From the NCBI GenBank assembly GCA_034669905.1, contig JAXMOL010000033.1:22960-86959 (forward strand): a stretch of DNA of 64,000 bases, read 5' to 3'. Shown here in pieces: positions 1 through 9,536 of the stretch. The first letter of the stretch is position 1, and every line of letters starts with the position of its first letter. Origin of the DNA: Candidatus Hydrogenedentota bacterium. GTDB taxonomy: Bacteria; Hydrogenedentota; Hydrogenedentia; Hydrogenedentales; JAEUWI01. The position numbers and the translations under genes were made by a program. The notes beneath the pieces were generated by a model, which was not told the DNA's origin, ran no database searches, and saw nothing but the letters and a program-made list of their open reading frames with translations.

Positions 1-738
1 GGCACCGGCGGGTCGAACCTGATCCCCACGACCTTGATCGTCACGGTTATGGATTCCGATGGCCGTACGCCGATTTCGGGTGCAGACGTCATGTTCGATG
101 GCCGTAATGTGGGTAAGTCTTCCCGCGAAGGTATCTGTCACATGTCGGTGAGTGCCTATTCGACCTACGTCGTGGAAGCGTCCAAGGCGGGCTTCTCTCC
201 GCGCAGCCGCAGCGTTACGGTGAACAACATCATCGAAGAGGCAGAGATTGAAATGTCGGCGGTCGCGGGCGAGGGTGAAGGCGAAGGGGAGGGGGAGGGT
301 GAAGGCGAAGGTGAAGGCGAAGGTGAAGGAGAGGGCGAAGGCGAGACACCGTTGTCCGAGCTCGCGCAGGACCTCATCGATTCCTTTGATGCGGCCGATG
401 CGGACAATGATGACCGGCTTTCTCTGGCTGAGGCGACTGGCGCGTCAGGCAGTCTGACGGTGACGCAGTTCAATGCGATGGATACGGATAGCGACGGATT
501 CCTTACGCAGACGGAGCTCAATGCCCAGGTCGCTGCGGGTGAAGGCGAAGGCGAAGGTGAAGGAGAGGGCGAAGGCGAAGGTGAAACCCCGAAAGAACCG
601 GGTGCCAGTTGCTCGGCTGCCGGTTCCAAGACCGGCGTGACGGGAATGACCGGTGATATTCTCGCCGTCCTGTTGAGCCTGGGCCTTCTGTGTTGGCACG
701 CCGGACTCCTGAGCCGTGGTCGTCGAGATGCGGCTTGA
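1..738 (+). CDS. C-terminal part of a secreted/surface protein: carboxypeptidase-regulatory-like beta domain, (GE)n linkers, EF-hand pair, Cys + TM + basic C-terminal tail. 5'-truncated by the window edge.
   Basis: Frame is open from base 1. (GE)13 at 268-345 and (GE)8 at 538-585. EF-hand-like loops DADNDDRLSLAE and DTDSDGFLTQTE. Ends GASCSAAG...GDILAVLLSLGLLCW...RGRR. Confidence 0.8.
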   Translation, partial: GTGGSNLIPTTLIVTVMDSDGRTPISGADVMFDGRNVGKSSREGICHMSVSAYSTYVVEASKAGFSPRSRSVTVNNIIEEAEIEMSAVAGEGEGEGEGEGEGEGEGEGEGEGEGETPLSELAQDLIDSFDAADADNDDRLSLAEATGASGSLTVTQFNAMDTDSDGFLTQTELNAQVAAGEGEGEGEGEGEGEGETPKEPGASCSAAGSKTGVTGMTGDILAVLLSLGLLCWHAGLLSRGRRDAA

Positions 739-840
739 GTGGCACACCACGATAAACTAAACTGTTAGGGACCTTTACGGGTCATGGGTTCAAGGAACTC
801 ATGGCCCGTTTTCTTTATGTACCGATGAGAGGAACCGGCG

Positions 841-3800
841 ATGGTAGCGCGCAGTGTAGTACGTTGGGGTATTCGAAGTGGGATCGCGGGGTGTTGCTTT
901 GCGGCGCTGGTGCTTATTCCCTTGGCCGTCGTGGCGCAGGGGGAGGCCGGCATCTTTTCGCGCGACAATCTCGTGGCCTGGTGCATTGTGCCCTTTGACA
1001 GCAAGAAGCGGGGGCCCGAAGCCCGTGCGGAAATGATGGCCCGGCTGGGGATTAAGAAATTCGCCTACGATTGGCGGGCCGAGCACATTCCCACCTTTGA
1101 TGAAGAGTTGCAGGTGCTCCAACGTTACGGCATCGAACTGACCGCTTTCTGGTTTCCGTCTGCGCTAAACGCGGAGGCCCAGACCATCCTGGCGGCCCTC
1201 AAGCGCAATGACGTTAAGACCCAACTCTGGGTGACCATGGGGGGGGGCGACATCGAATGTACGCCCGAGGAACAGGCGCAGCGCGTGAAGGAGCATGCCG
1301 ATGCCCTCCGGCCTCTCGTGAAAGCAGCGGCCGAAATAGGCTGCTCCGTGGGGCTCTATAACCACGGTCACTGGTTTGGCGAGCCGGACAACCAGATTGC
1401 CATCATCAAGGCCCTCGATGCGCCCAACGTGGGTATCGTCTATAACCTGCACCACGGCCATGGACATGTGGACCAGCTCCCCGAACTCTTGCAGCGCATG
1501 AAGCCCTACCTCTATGCCTTTAATCTGAATGGGATGAATCGGGAGGGCGACAAGAAGGGCCAGAAGATTCTTCCCCTGGCCCAGGGCGAATTGGACCTGC
1601 ACCTGCTCCAGGTACTGCGCGAGAGTGGCTATGACGGGCCGGTCGGTGTCCTCGGACATACCCAGGATGACGCGGAAACGACCCTGCAGGATAACCTCGA
1701 CGGCCTGGGATGGTTGTTGCCTCAGTTGGACGGCGGCGCGGCCCCGGGTCCCAGGCCTGTTCCGCAGCGAGCGAGTCTCCGTCCCAAGTCGGCCTTGGGA
1801 AAGCCCTCTCTCTCCGAGGTCTTTGGCAAGGCATTGGCCGGGGGTATGGTGGTGCCGGGGAAGGACGCATACCGCACGCCGCCCATGACGGTGACGTGCC
1901 GCGCCAAACTCGACAGCGCGACGGGCTTTAATATTCTCATTGCGAGTGATACGAAGGCCTCCGGTGCCCACTGGGAAATATTCACCCAGTCCGGCAGCGG
2001 TGAACTCTCGGTGTACATGCCCGGGAGCGCGCCGGATCATGGCCGCACGGGCCGCAACATCACCGACGGCCAATGGCATCAGATCGTGTTTCAATACGGC
2101 GTCGACGAAATTGCCCTCTATCTTGATGGCAAAGAAGTGCTGCGCCAGGACATTGAAAATCAAGGCAAGCCCACGGTCCCGGGCGACCTGGCCTTTGGGC
2201 AACTTGTGTCGGGGCGGGGCGGCTGCGATGGGCTGATCGATGATGTTCACCTTCAGCGGGGCATTCAGCCCGTGGGCGCCCCGGCGGAGGGCCCCCACGC
2301 GGCGGGCGAACACACGATTGGGCTCTGGTCTTTCGATGATCTGACGGAGACCCAGGTGGCGAGACTACCCGCCGTGGAAGACCCGGCGGTGCGGGCGGCC
2401 TTGCCAGAATACCAGGTTATTCCGGCGGCCGACGAGGGGCAGCTTACCCCCGCCAATGGCTTTCCCGCCGCGGAGGCCTATAGCACCTGGCACCGTTCCC
2501 ACGGCGACAGCTCCAACAGCCGCTATTCGTCGGCGAACCAAATTAATCGGGAGACGGTGAAGGACCTGAAAGTGGCGTGGGAATACCGCTCCGGGGACGG
2601 AGAAGGTAACATCCAATGCAACCCCGTGGTTGTGGGTGATACGCTCTACGTCCCTACGCCGGGGAATCACCTGGTGGCCCTCGATGCCCGCACGGGTGCG
2701 GAGAAGTGGCGCTTCAAGGGAGCGGGACGTCCCGCCCACCGCGGCCTGGTTTATTGGCCCGGTTGGGGCACCCACGGCCCGCGCCTGCTGGTGAGTATTG
2801 GGGAAGAACTCTGGGCCATCGACCCGACGACGGGTACGCCCATCGCGGCCTTTGGCGATGGGGGCAAGGTACAGACCGGCGTTTCCGTGGTGGCGGGCGC
2901 CATCTTTCAAAACGTGCTCGTGCTGCCGGGTTTTCAACGGGATGTGTGGGGACACGATATCGTTACGGGCGAACGCCTCTGGACCTTTCACACCATGCCC
3001 ACGGGCGACGCATATGGCGCCGATACCTGGGAGAATCCGGCCGATGGGGCCAACTGCTGGGGGGGCATGGCCCTGGATGAACAGCGGGGCATCGCCTATA
3101 TTTCGACGGGCTCACCCAAGCCCAATTTCGTGGGCGTCCACCACACGGGACAGAATCTCTTTGCCAACAGCGTGATTGCCCTCGATGCCCTTACGGGCGC
3201 GCGCCGCTGGCACTTTCAGGAAATTCGCCACGACATTTGGGATCTCGACATCCCCGCGCCGCCCAACCTGGTCACGGTAACGCGCCACGGCAAGCAGGTG
3301 GATGCCGTCGCCCAGGTGACCAAAATCGGCAATACCCTCTTGCTTGACCGGCTCACCGGCGAGCCCCTCTACCCCTTTCGGTTGCGCCGGGCGCCCGTTT
3401 CGACCTTACCCGGCGAGAAGACCTGGCCCTATCAGCCTGATGTGGAACTGCCCGAACCCTTCGCCCGTCAGCACTTCACGCCCGACGACATCACCCAGCG
3501 CAACGACGAGGCCACGACGTATGTGCGCAACATTGTAAACCTCAGTAACCATGGGTGGTTTGAGCCCTTCTCCGACGGCAAGCCCACCGTGTTTTTCGGA
3601 CTCCACGGTGGTGCCGAATGGACCGGTGCGGCGGTGGACCCCAAGCGGGGACGGCTCTATGTGAGTGCCAACGAGATGGCGTGGAATGTGGCCGTCATTA
3701 AGGCCGTGGAGATTCGGCGCAAGGCGGGCGCTTCCCCCAGTCGGGGCCAGGCCGTTTACGAAGAGCGCTGTGTCACCTGCCACGGCAACAACCTCCAGGG

Positions 3801-4428
3801 AAACAGCCTCGCGCCGCCCCTTATCGGACTGGCAGACCGCCTCAGCGACGACGAGGTGCGCGCCCTTATCAAGACGGGCCGCAACCTCATGCCCGCCGCC
3901 GAAGGGCTGAGCGCGGAAGACGAAGCGGCGCTCCTCGACTACATTTTCCTGCGCGAGCCCGACCTCGAAATCATTCGCCCTGAGGATAATGGCGTGCCGC
4001 GCTACACCTTCAACGGCTACAACAAGCTCCTCGATCACGAGGGATATCCCGGCGTGACACCGCCCTGGGGAACGCTCAACTGCATCGATCTGAACACGGG
4101 AAAAATCGCCTGGAAAGTGCCCCTGGGCTATTACCCCGAACTCGCCTTCTGGGGCGACGACAAGACGGGCGCAGAGAATTTTGGTGGTGCCATGGTGACG
4201 GCGGGCGGCCTCGTCTTTTGTGCGGGCACGCCCGACAACATGATTCGCGCCTTTGATGCCGATACGGGCGAAGAACTGTGGAAACACGAGCTCCCCTTCG
4301 GCGGCTACGCGCCTCCCGCGACCTATGAAGTGGATGGCAAGCAGTATGTGGTGATCGCAGCTACGGGGGCGGGAAAACTGGCCACCGAAGCGGGCGATGC
4401 CTGGGTGGCTTTTGCCCTGCCGGGGTGA
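841..4428 (+). CDS. Multidomain PQQ-dependent (glucose/quinate-type) dehydrogenase with N-terminal xylose-isomerase-like TIM barrel, LamG-like domain and inserted c-type cytochrome
   Basis: Signal-like N-terminus. YNHGHWFGE and YNLHHGH TIM-barrel motifs; DGQWHQIV (LamG-like); PQQ motifs WHFQEIRHDIWDLD and GAMVTAGGLVF...RAFDADTGEELW; CVTCH heme motif with distal MP. Confidence 0.8.
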   Translation: MVARSVVRWGIRSGIAGCCFAALVLIPLAVVAQGEAGIFSRDNLVAWCIVPFDSKKRGPEARAEMMARLGIKKFAYDWRAEHIPTFDEELQVLQRYGIELTAFWFPSALNAEAQTILAALKRNDVKTQLWVTMGGGDIECTPEEQAQRVKEHADALRPLVKAAAEIGCSVGLYNHGHWFGEPDNQIAIIKALDAPNVGIVYNLHHGHGHVDQLPELLQRMKPYLYAFNLNGMNREGDKKGQKILPLAQGELDLHLLQVLRESGYDGPVGVLGHTQDDAETTLQDNLDGLGWLLPQLDGGAAPGPRPVPQRASLRPKSALGKPSLSEVFGKALAGGMVVPGKDAYRTPPMTVTCRAKLDSATGFNILIASDTKASGAHWEIFTQSGSGELSVYMPGSAPDHGRTGRNITDGQWHQIVFQYGVDEIALYLDGKEVLRQDIENQGKPTVPGDLAFGQLVSGRGGCDGLIDDVHLQRGIQPVGAPAEGPHAAGEHTIGLWSFDDLTETQVARLPAVEDPAVRAALPEYQVIPAADEGQLTPANGFPAAEAYSTWHRSHGDSSNSRYSSANQINRETVKDLKVAWEYRSGDGEGNIQCNPVVVGDTLYVPTPGNHLVALDARTGAEKWRFKGAGRPAHRGLVYWPGWGTHGPRLLVSIGEELWAIDPTTGTPIAAFGDGGKVQTGVSVVAGAIFQNVLVLPGFQRDVWGHDIVTGERLWTFHTMPTGDAYGADTWENPADGANCWGGMALDEQRGIAYISTGSPKPNFVGVHHTGQNLFANSVIALDALTGARRWHFQEIRHDIWDLDIPAPPNLVTVTRHGKQVDAVAQVTKIGNTLLLDRLTGEPLYPFRLRRAPVSTLPGEKTWPYQPDVELPEPFARQHFTPDDITQRNDEATTYVRNIVNLSNHGWFEPFSDGKPTVFFGLHGGAEWTGAAVDPKRGRLYVSANEMAWNVAVIKAVEIRRKAGASPSRGQAVYEERCVTCHGNNLQGNSLAPPLIGLADRLSDDEVRALIKTGRNLMPAAEGLSAEDEAALLDYIFLREPDLEIIRPEDNGVPRYTFNGYNKLLDHEGYPGVTPPWGTLNCIDLNTGKIAWKVPLGYYPELAFWGDDKTGAENFGGAMVTAGGLVFCAGTPDNMIRAFDADTGEELWKHELPFGGYAPPATYEVDGKQYVVIAATGAGKLATEAGDAWVAFALPG

Positions 4429-4448
4429 CGGGGTGGCTGCTGAAACGT

Positions 4449-4560
4449 CAGGGATGACAGAGACAACAGGGACAGCAGGGACTAAAACCTGCCGTGGCCC
4501 AAGGCGTACGGCGCAGGTGGTCCATTATGTCGTTTTTGTCCTTTAGGTCCTATATTTCCC
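4449..4560. repeat. Inverted pair of 9-nt-period arrays (CAGGGACAN-like x4, then GTCC-N5 x4) around a short hairpin
   Basis: cagggatga/cagagacaa/cagggacag/cagggacta at 4449-4484; gtcc or gtcg at 4520, 4529, 4538, 4547. Confidence 0.6.
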
Positions 4561-4654
4561 ATCTTCCAGTTGATTTTCTCTGGCCTGCGCGCTAAGGTGA
4601 CCTGCCCTGAGAGCACAGTTGTTTTACCCTATGCCGCATGTTGGAGGAGAGCCC

Positions 4655-6262
4655 ATGCAAGCCGTCACGATTTTTACCTTTGTCTTTTTTACGGGCCTGG
4701 TGGGCTTTATTACCTGGCGGATGACGCGTAAGGATGATCACGGCACGACGGATGGCTATTTCCTGGCGGGGCGCAGCCTGACGGGCGGCTTCATTGCGGG
4801 CTCCCTCATGTTGACCAATCTCTCCACCGAGCAATTGGTAGGCCTCAACGGCGCGGCCTACACCGACGGCTTCTCCGTCATGGCGTGGGAGGTCATTGCG
4901 GCGGTCTCCCTCGTGGTGATGGGCTTGTTTTTCCTGCCGCGCTACCTGAAGAGCGGCATTGCCACCATCCCGGAATTCCTGGCGCTGCGCTATGACAAAC
5001 ACACCCAATCGATCACCAATGTGATTTTTATCTTTGCCTACACGGCCATCTTGTTGCCCATTATTCTGTATACGGGTGCCACGGGGCTCAATGGCATTCT
5101 CGACATGCAGGCCCTCACGGGACTCCCCACGGAGTCGGCTACCCTCTGGTTTACCGTGTGGATGGTGGGCATCATCGGGTCCATCTACGCCATCTTCGGC
5201 GGGCTGCGCACCGTGGCGGTGTCTGACACGATCAATGGACTGGGCTTGCTGGTGGGCGGCGTGTTGATTACGTGGTTCGGTCTGCGTACCCTGGGTGGCG
5301 ATGGGGGATTCTTTCAGGGCCTCGAAATCGTGAAGACGGTTCACCCCGAAAAGCTGAACTCCATCGGTGGGGCCGAGCAGTCGGTGCCTTTCTCCACCCT
5401 CTTTACCGGTGTGCTCTTGCTCAACCTGTTTTATTGGTGCACCAACCAGCAGATTATTCAGCGGACCTTCGGTGCGAGCAGCCTGAAGGAAGGCCAGAAG
5501 GGGGTTCTGCTTGCGGGATTCTTCAAGGTCCTGGCGCCGCTGATATTGGTGCTTCCGGGTGTCATCGCCTATCACCTCTACGTCGGTGACGACATCAAGG
5601 CGGACCATGCCTATGGTACGTTGGTGAACAATGTATTGCCCGCGCCCCTGGTAGGATTCTTCGCGGCGGTGCTGGTAGGGGCCATCCTCAGTTCCTTTAA
5701 CTCCGCCCTCAACAGCACGTGCACCCTCTTCAGCCTGGGCGTTTACAAGCACTGGATCAAGCCCGATGCCGACCAGGCCCAACTGATCAAGTCCGGTAAA
5801 GTCTTCGGCATCATCATCGCCCTCTCTGCCATGTGCATCGCCCCCGCCCTCGCGGGACAGGAGAGTATCTTCGGCTACCTTCAGCAGATGAATGGCCTTT
5901 ATTTTATCCCCATCTTCGCCGTGGTGGTCGTGGGTATTGCCAACAAGCGGGTACCCGCCTTCGCCGCGAATGTGGCGCTGCTTCTGGGCTTCGCGGCCAT
6001 CGCCAGCGGCTATTGGATGCCGGGCTTCAAGACGTTGGCGGGCAAGATTTACGCCTTCCACTACCTGGGTTTGGTCTTCGCCCTGCTGGTGGTCCTGCAA
6101 TTGGTCCTGGGTGTGATTCGCCCCCGGGAAACGGCGTGGGAACAGGCCGATGCCCAGGCGGTGGACCTCACGCCGTGGAAGTATGCGAAACCCGTGGGGG
6201 CATTGCTGGTCTTCGTCGTGTTGGCGATTTACGTGATGCTTGCGGACCTGTCTGTCCTGTAG
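4655..6262 (+). CDS. Solute:sodium symporter (SSS family, YidK-like sugar/inositol transporter)
   Basis: [23 protein letters not shown] and [11 protein letters not shown] motifs, many TM helices. GGAGGAG RBS precedes ATG at 4655. Confidence 0.9.
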   Translation: MQAVTIFTFVFFTGLVGFITWRMTRKDDHGTTDGYFLAGRSLTGGFIAGSLMLTNLSTEQLVGLNGAAYTDGFSVMAWEVIAAVSLVVMGLFFLPRYLKSGIATIPEFLALRYDKHTQSITNVIFIFAYTAILLPIILYTGATGLNGILDMQALTGLPTESATLWFTVWMVGIIGSIYAIFGGLRTVAVSDTINGLGLLVGGVLITWFGLRTLGGDGGFFQGLEIVKTVHPEKLNSIGGAEQSVPFSTLFTGVLLLNLFYWCTNQQIIQRTFGASSLKEGQKGVLLAGFFKVLAPLILVLPGVIAYHLYVGDDIKADHAYGTLVNNVLPAPLVGFFAAVLVGAILSSFNSALNSTCTLFSLGVYKHWIKPDADQAQLIKSGKVFGIIIALSAMCIAPALAGQESIFGYLQQMNGLYFIPIFAVVVVGIANKRVPAFAANVALLLGFAAIASGYWMPGFKTLAGKIYAFHYLGLVFALLVVLQLVLGVIRPRETAWEQADAQAVDLTPWKYAKPVGALLVFVVLAIYVMLADLSVL

Positions 6263-6305
6263 GTGTACTTCCGGCAGGGGAGCAGGTGCGCGCGTCGCGG
6301 AAAGC

Positions 6306-6722
6306 TCAGGGCGCCGTGTGGACCTTCCGCTCGTTCTTTGGATCGACGGCGGGGTTCCCTCCCAGTTTGAGCCCCAGGTAGTAGGCCTTCGCAATGGGTC
6401 GGGGCACGCCATCTTTCACGCAAATCTTTTGGAAGAGGCGGTCGGCCGGATCTTTGTGATCCTTCTTCGTCAGCTTTCGCAAACGGATAAGCTGGTACAG
6501 GGCGTCGTGTACCAATGAGGCGCGCATGTTGCGATCTGTGTCGACGACCGGGCCCGATGGGCCATCCCAGGCGTAGCCTTCGGCGATGTGCAGGGTGCCG
6601 TCCAGTGCCAGTTTCACAAAGGGGGTGTCAATATCCCTTTTCGGCTTTATCCCGCTGGCGAGGAAGTAGTCATTCGCCAATTGATACTTGTAGCCACTGC
6701 GATAGGTAATTTGTTCTGCCAC
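6306..6722 (-). CDS. DUF1353-like protein
   Basis: GYAWDGPS...ASLVHDALY...ADRLF pattern; GTG start preceded by GGAG. Confidence 0.7.
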   Translation of the reverse strand: MAEQITYRSGYKYQLANDYFLASGIKPKRDIDTPFVKLALDGTLHIAEGYAWDGPSGPVVDTDRNMRASLVHDALYQLIRLRKLTKKDHKDPADRLFQKICVKDGVPRPIAKAYYLGLKLGGNPAVDPKNERKVHTAP

Positions 6723-6803
6723 GATTCTTGCTCCCTACGTAAGTTTTCCGGAATATTTTTCTCACGATACGCGCGCGAGTTCCCGTGTATTGCGAACAAG
6801 CTG

Positions 6804-9338
6804 TCACGGGGCCCGCACGGAGAAGTTAACCGTCATTTTCAGGCCCGCTGTGAGGTCCCGTACCTGGAGGGTCCACGATCCCGGCAGGTCATTCAAGCCT
6901 GCCTCAAAGGGCACGGTGAGCAGGCCGTTGCGGGCGCAATGGAAACCGCTGTAGGCGTTAAGCGCCCCGTCGGCATCCGTGATGGTCAATTCCAACGGCT
7001 GCAGCCCAGCCAGCGGTGCGCCCCGTCCATCTTCCACGAAGATATGGAGGGAAGCCCGCTCACCGAGAAAAACCTCCGACGGCGGGACAAAACGAAGGCG
7101 TTCCGCTGCTTCCGGATAGAGCGCCAGGATGGTGCCACCCAGCTCGTCCAGCCCAACTGGGATGTGCCAGCCCGATGCGTCGCGGGTTGCGGGCAACGCC
7201 GTGTGGCGCACCATGTCGTAGGCGACCAGGGTGTCACCGGGCCAATCGCGCAGGGTCACCGTGGTGTCGATGGGCACGAGCTTATCGAGGACGGCCTTGT
7301 ATTGCTTGCCCGCCCGCTCGCCGTATTCCCGGTTGTCGTTTATCAGCACCAGGTAGCGGGTGCCGTCCTTTTCGAGTGCGTTGAGGAGAACCCGTGGCGT
7401 GTCGCAATAGACTTCGGGTTCCACCTTGCCCTTCAGGCCCGCCTTCAATTGGGCCGCGTAGCCCTCCATGATGCGCTGGTCATCCAGGGCCGTCACGCCG
7501 ACCACTTCCTGTAAGGCCGCGCTGTCGGGTTGGAGCTGATCGTTCCAGTTGGCGAAGTCGGTATTGTTCGCGATGGCGTTTGCGCTGATTTTCTTCCGGT
7601 AGGTGAAGTCGAAATCGAAGTGCAGCACATTGGGCAATTCCGGGCCGAGGTATTGGTCGGCAATGACTACCCCGCCACGGGCCTGGAAGGCCTGTACTTC
7701 GCGATACACTGACTCGGTTAAGGCATCGCACTTGGGCAACACCAGCACGTCGTAGTCCCCCAGGCCATGCCGTTCGATGGTCTCGTCGAGCAGCACATCG
7801 GCGTTGAGATGGTTCATGGCGAGGAGGGTATAAAAATGGTATATCTGGAGGTTGCGATAGTGGCCCAGCAGGTTGGGCGACGTGCCGTGGATGCCCGATG
7901 CCATGGAGCTGAGCACGGCGATTCGACGGGGTGCGATGTCTGCCTGGGTCAACAAGGGGCCGAGGGGCTTGAAGACCTTTTCGCTCAACTCCCGGATGGC
8001 TTCGCTGGTGGCATAGGGCACGTTGACCGTGTCTTCGCCCTGGGGATTGCAGGCGCTGGAGTAGTAGTAGCCCAGCGCCTTGGGGGCCCGGGACAGGTTG
8101 ATCCACGTGGTGACCTTGGTCCGCGCGGGGCCCATGAGCATCCAATCCTCCGTGGGGGCGAGTTGGCCCGGGTAGTTGAGGAGGGTGACCGTGTGCAATG
8201 CTTCCGACCTGGTCCGACCACAGGCGGCCCGCAGGGTCTCGACGAACAGCATGAACTTGGGGTCCGGGTTGGTGTAGGTCCAGGTGCTGACGGCGTCGAT
8301 GCCGGGGAACATATCCAGGAATCCCGCCTCGCGGTAGGGGTCATTCACCGTCATGATGTCGGGGCGGTAACGCTTAATCATCTCGGAGGTGCGCTGGTTG
8401 GCGAGGACCAGGCCGTTGCCCTGCTGGTAGTGGAATTTCCAGAATCGATAGAGCGGATCGTCATCGGCCAGGACGCCCTTCGCTACCCAGTGGGGCTCCT
8501 TGGCAGGTCGTTCGGTCGTGCCCAGCGCCTCCTCCATGAGGGCAAGCCCCGCCGCGTTCCGGTTCGTCTCGAGTCCATCGACAATCTCCGTGTTGAAGAA
8601 GGCGGTCTTCACCTGGGGAAAATGCTGGACGAATTCCATGAGCTTCCGATTGGCGTCATTCTGAATTCGGGCGACCTCAGGATGGAAGGGATTGGCGACG
8701 GGCTTTTTCTCATGGGATTCCATGGCCACGTTGGTGGCGTCGGGATCGTCCAGCGTGGTGGGGTCTACATCGCGCAGGCCGCCGTTGGGGCGAATCCCCA
8801 CATCACCTCCGGCCACCAGCGCCTGATCCAGCGCGCGAATCCAGTTATCCGCCGTGTAGTCCGTCTCCCAGCCGGGACCGGAGAGGGTGGTGAAGCCGTG
8901 GTCCATGTACCAGGAGGAGCCGCCACCGCCCCAGAGCCAGATCATCATCCGGTCGGGGTTGGGCGCATGAACGGTCGTCAATACAGTGGGTTCCGAGCGG
9001 ACTTCCGCCACCGGGTTGCTGTAGTGCCCGCGAAGTTCATAGGCCCCGGCCTTGAGTTGGGACAAGGGAAGGGCCTGACCCGTGTGATAGGTCGCGCCCG
9101 GGGCCACCGTGGGTACGGCGTCACGAAACGTCTCGACGTCTCCCAATTCCACGACCACTTCGCCCGCCGCGAGAGGGGTGTCCCCCGTGTTTTTAAGTGC
9201 AACGCCCACCACCGGTGTTTCGCTACGGTGGTAGGCGTGGCGATTCAACGGCGTGGTGATGGAAAGCGTGACGGTATCGGCACCGGGTGCCGCGAGGGCA
9301 CACATCAACATGAGAAGGAAACAAGAGCGTTTGAGCAT
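6804..9338 (-). CDS. Secreted glycoside-hydrolase-like protein with a beta-galactosidase-trimerisation (GATase-like) domain
   Basis: Signal peptide MLKRSCFLLMLMCALAAPGA; Ig-like N-terminal region; LGDYDVLVLPKCD...FQARGGVVIAD motif. Start moved from 9542 to 9338. Confidence 0.6.
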   Translation of the reverse strand: MLKRSCFLLMLMCALAAPGADTVTLSITTPLNRHAYHRSETPVVGVALKNTGDTPLAAGEVVVELGDVETFRDAVPTVAPGATYHTGQALPLSQLKAGAYELRGHYSNPVAEVRSEPTVLTTVHAPNPDRMMIWLWGGGGSSWYMDHGFTTLSGPGWETDYTADNWIRALDQALVAGGDVGIRPNGGLRDVDPTTLDDPDATNVAMESHEKKPVANPFHPEVARIQNDANRKLMEFVQHFPQVKTAFFNTEIVDGLETNRNAAGLALMEEALGTTERPAKEPHWVAKGVLADDDPLYRFWKFHYQQGNGLVLANQRTSEMIKRYRPDIMTVNDPYREAGFLDMFPGIDAVSTWTYTNPDPKFMLFVETLRAACGRTRSEALHTVTLLNYPGQLAPTEDWMLMGPARTKVTTWINLSRAPKALGYYYSSACNPQGEDTVNVPYATSEAIRELSEKVFKPLGPLLTQADIAPRRIAVLSSMASGIHGTSPNLLGHYRNLQIYHFYTLLAMNHLNADVLLDETIERHGLGDYDVLVLPKCDALTESVYREVQAFQARGGVVIADQYLGPELPNVLHFDFDFTYRKKISANAIANNTDFANWNDQLQPDSAALQEVVGVTALDDQRIMEGYAAQLKAGLKGKVEPEVYCDTPRVLLNALEKDGTRYLVLINDNREYGERAGKQYKAVLDKLVPIDTTVTLRDWPGDTLVAYDMVRHTALPATRDASGWHIPVGLDELGGTILALYPEAAERLRFVPPSEVFLGERASLHIFVEDGRGAPLAGLQPLELTITDADGALNAYSGFHCARNGLLTVPFEAGLNDLPGSWTLQVRDLTAGLKMTVNFSVRAP

Positions 9339-9536
9339 TATGAATTTCCTGAGCGTTTGAGTACACTTCACCGGACCAGACGCATGAAATTGAACGGCGT
9401 GGGCCGTCCCACTACCATAGGGGATCGATTGTAGTGTCTGCCTCAACGGGATTCCACCCCCGACTGACGGCGGGCGCTTGAATGCTCGAAGAGACATGGG
9501 CGGGGCCGCAGGGTCCCGTTGGAAAGATGACCCGCT

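Noticed and set aside
268..585. Phase-variable microsatellite
   Set aside because: Synonymous codons vary within the (GE)n tracts; this is a protein-level repeat.
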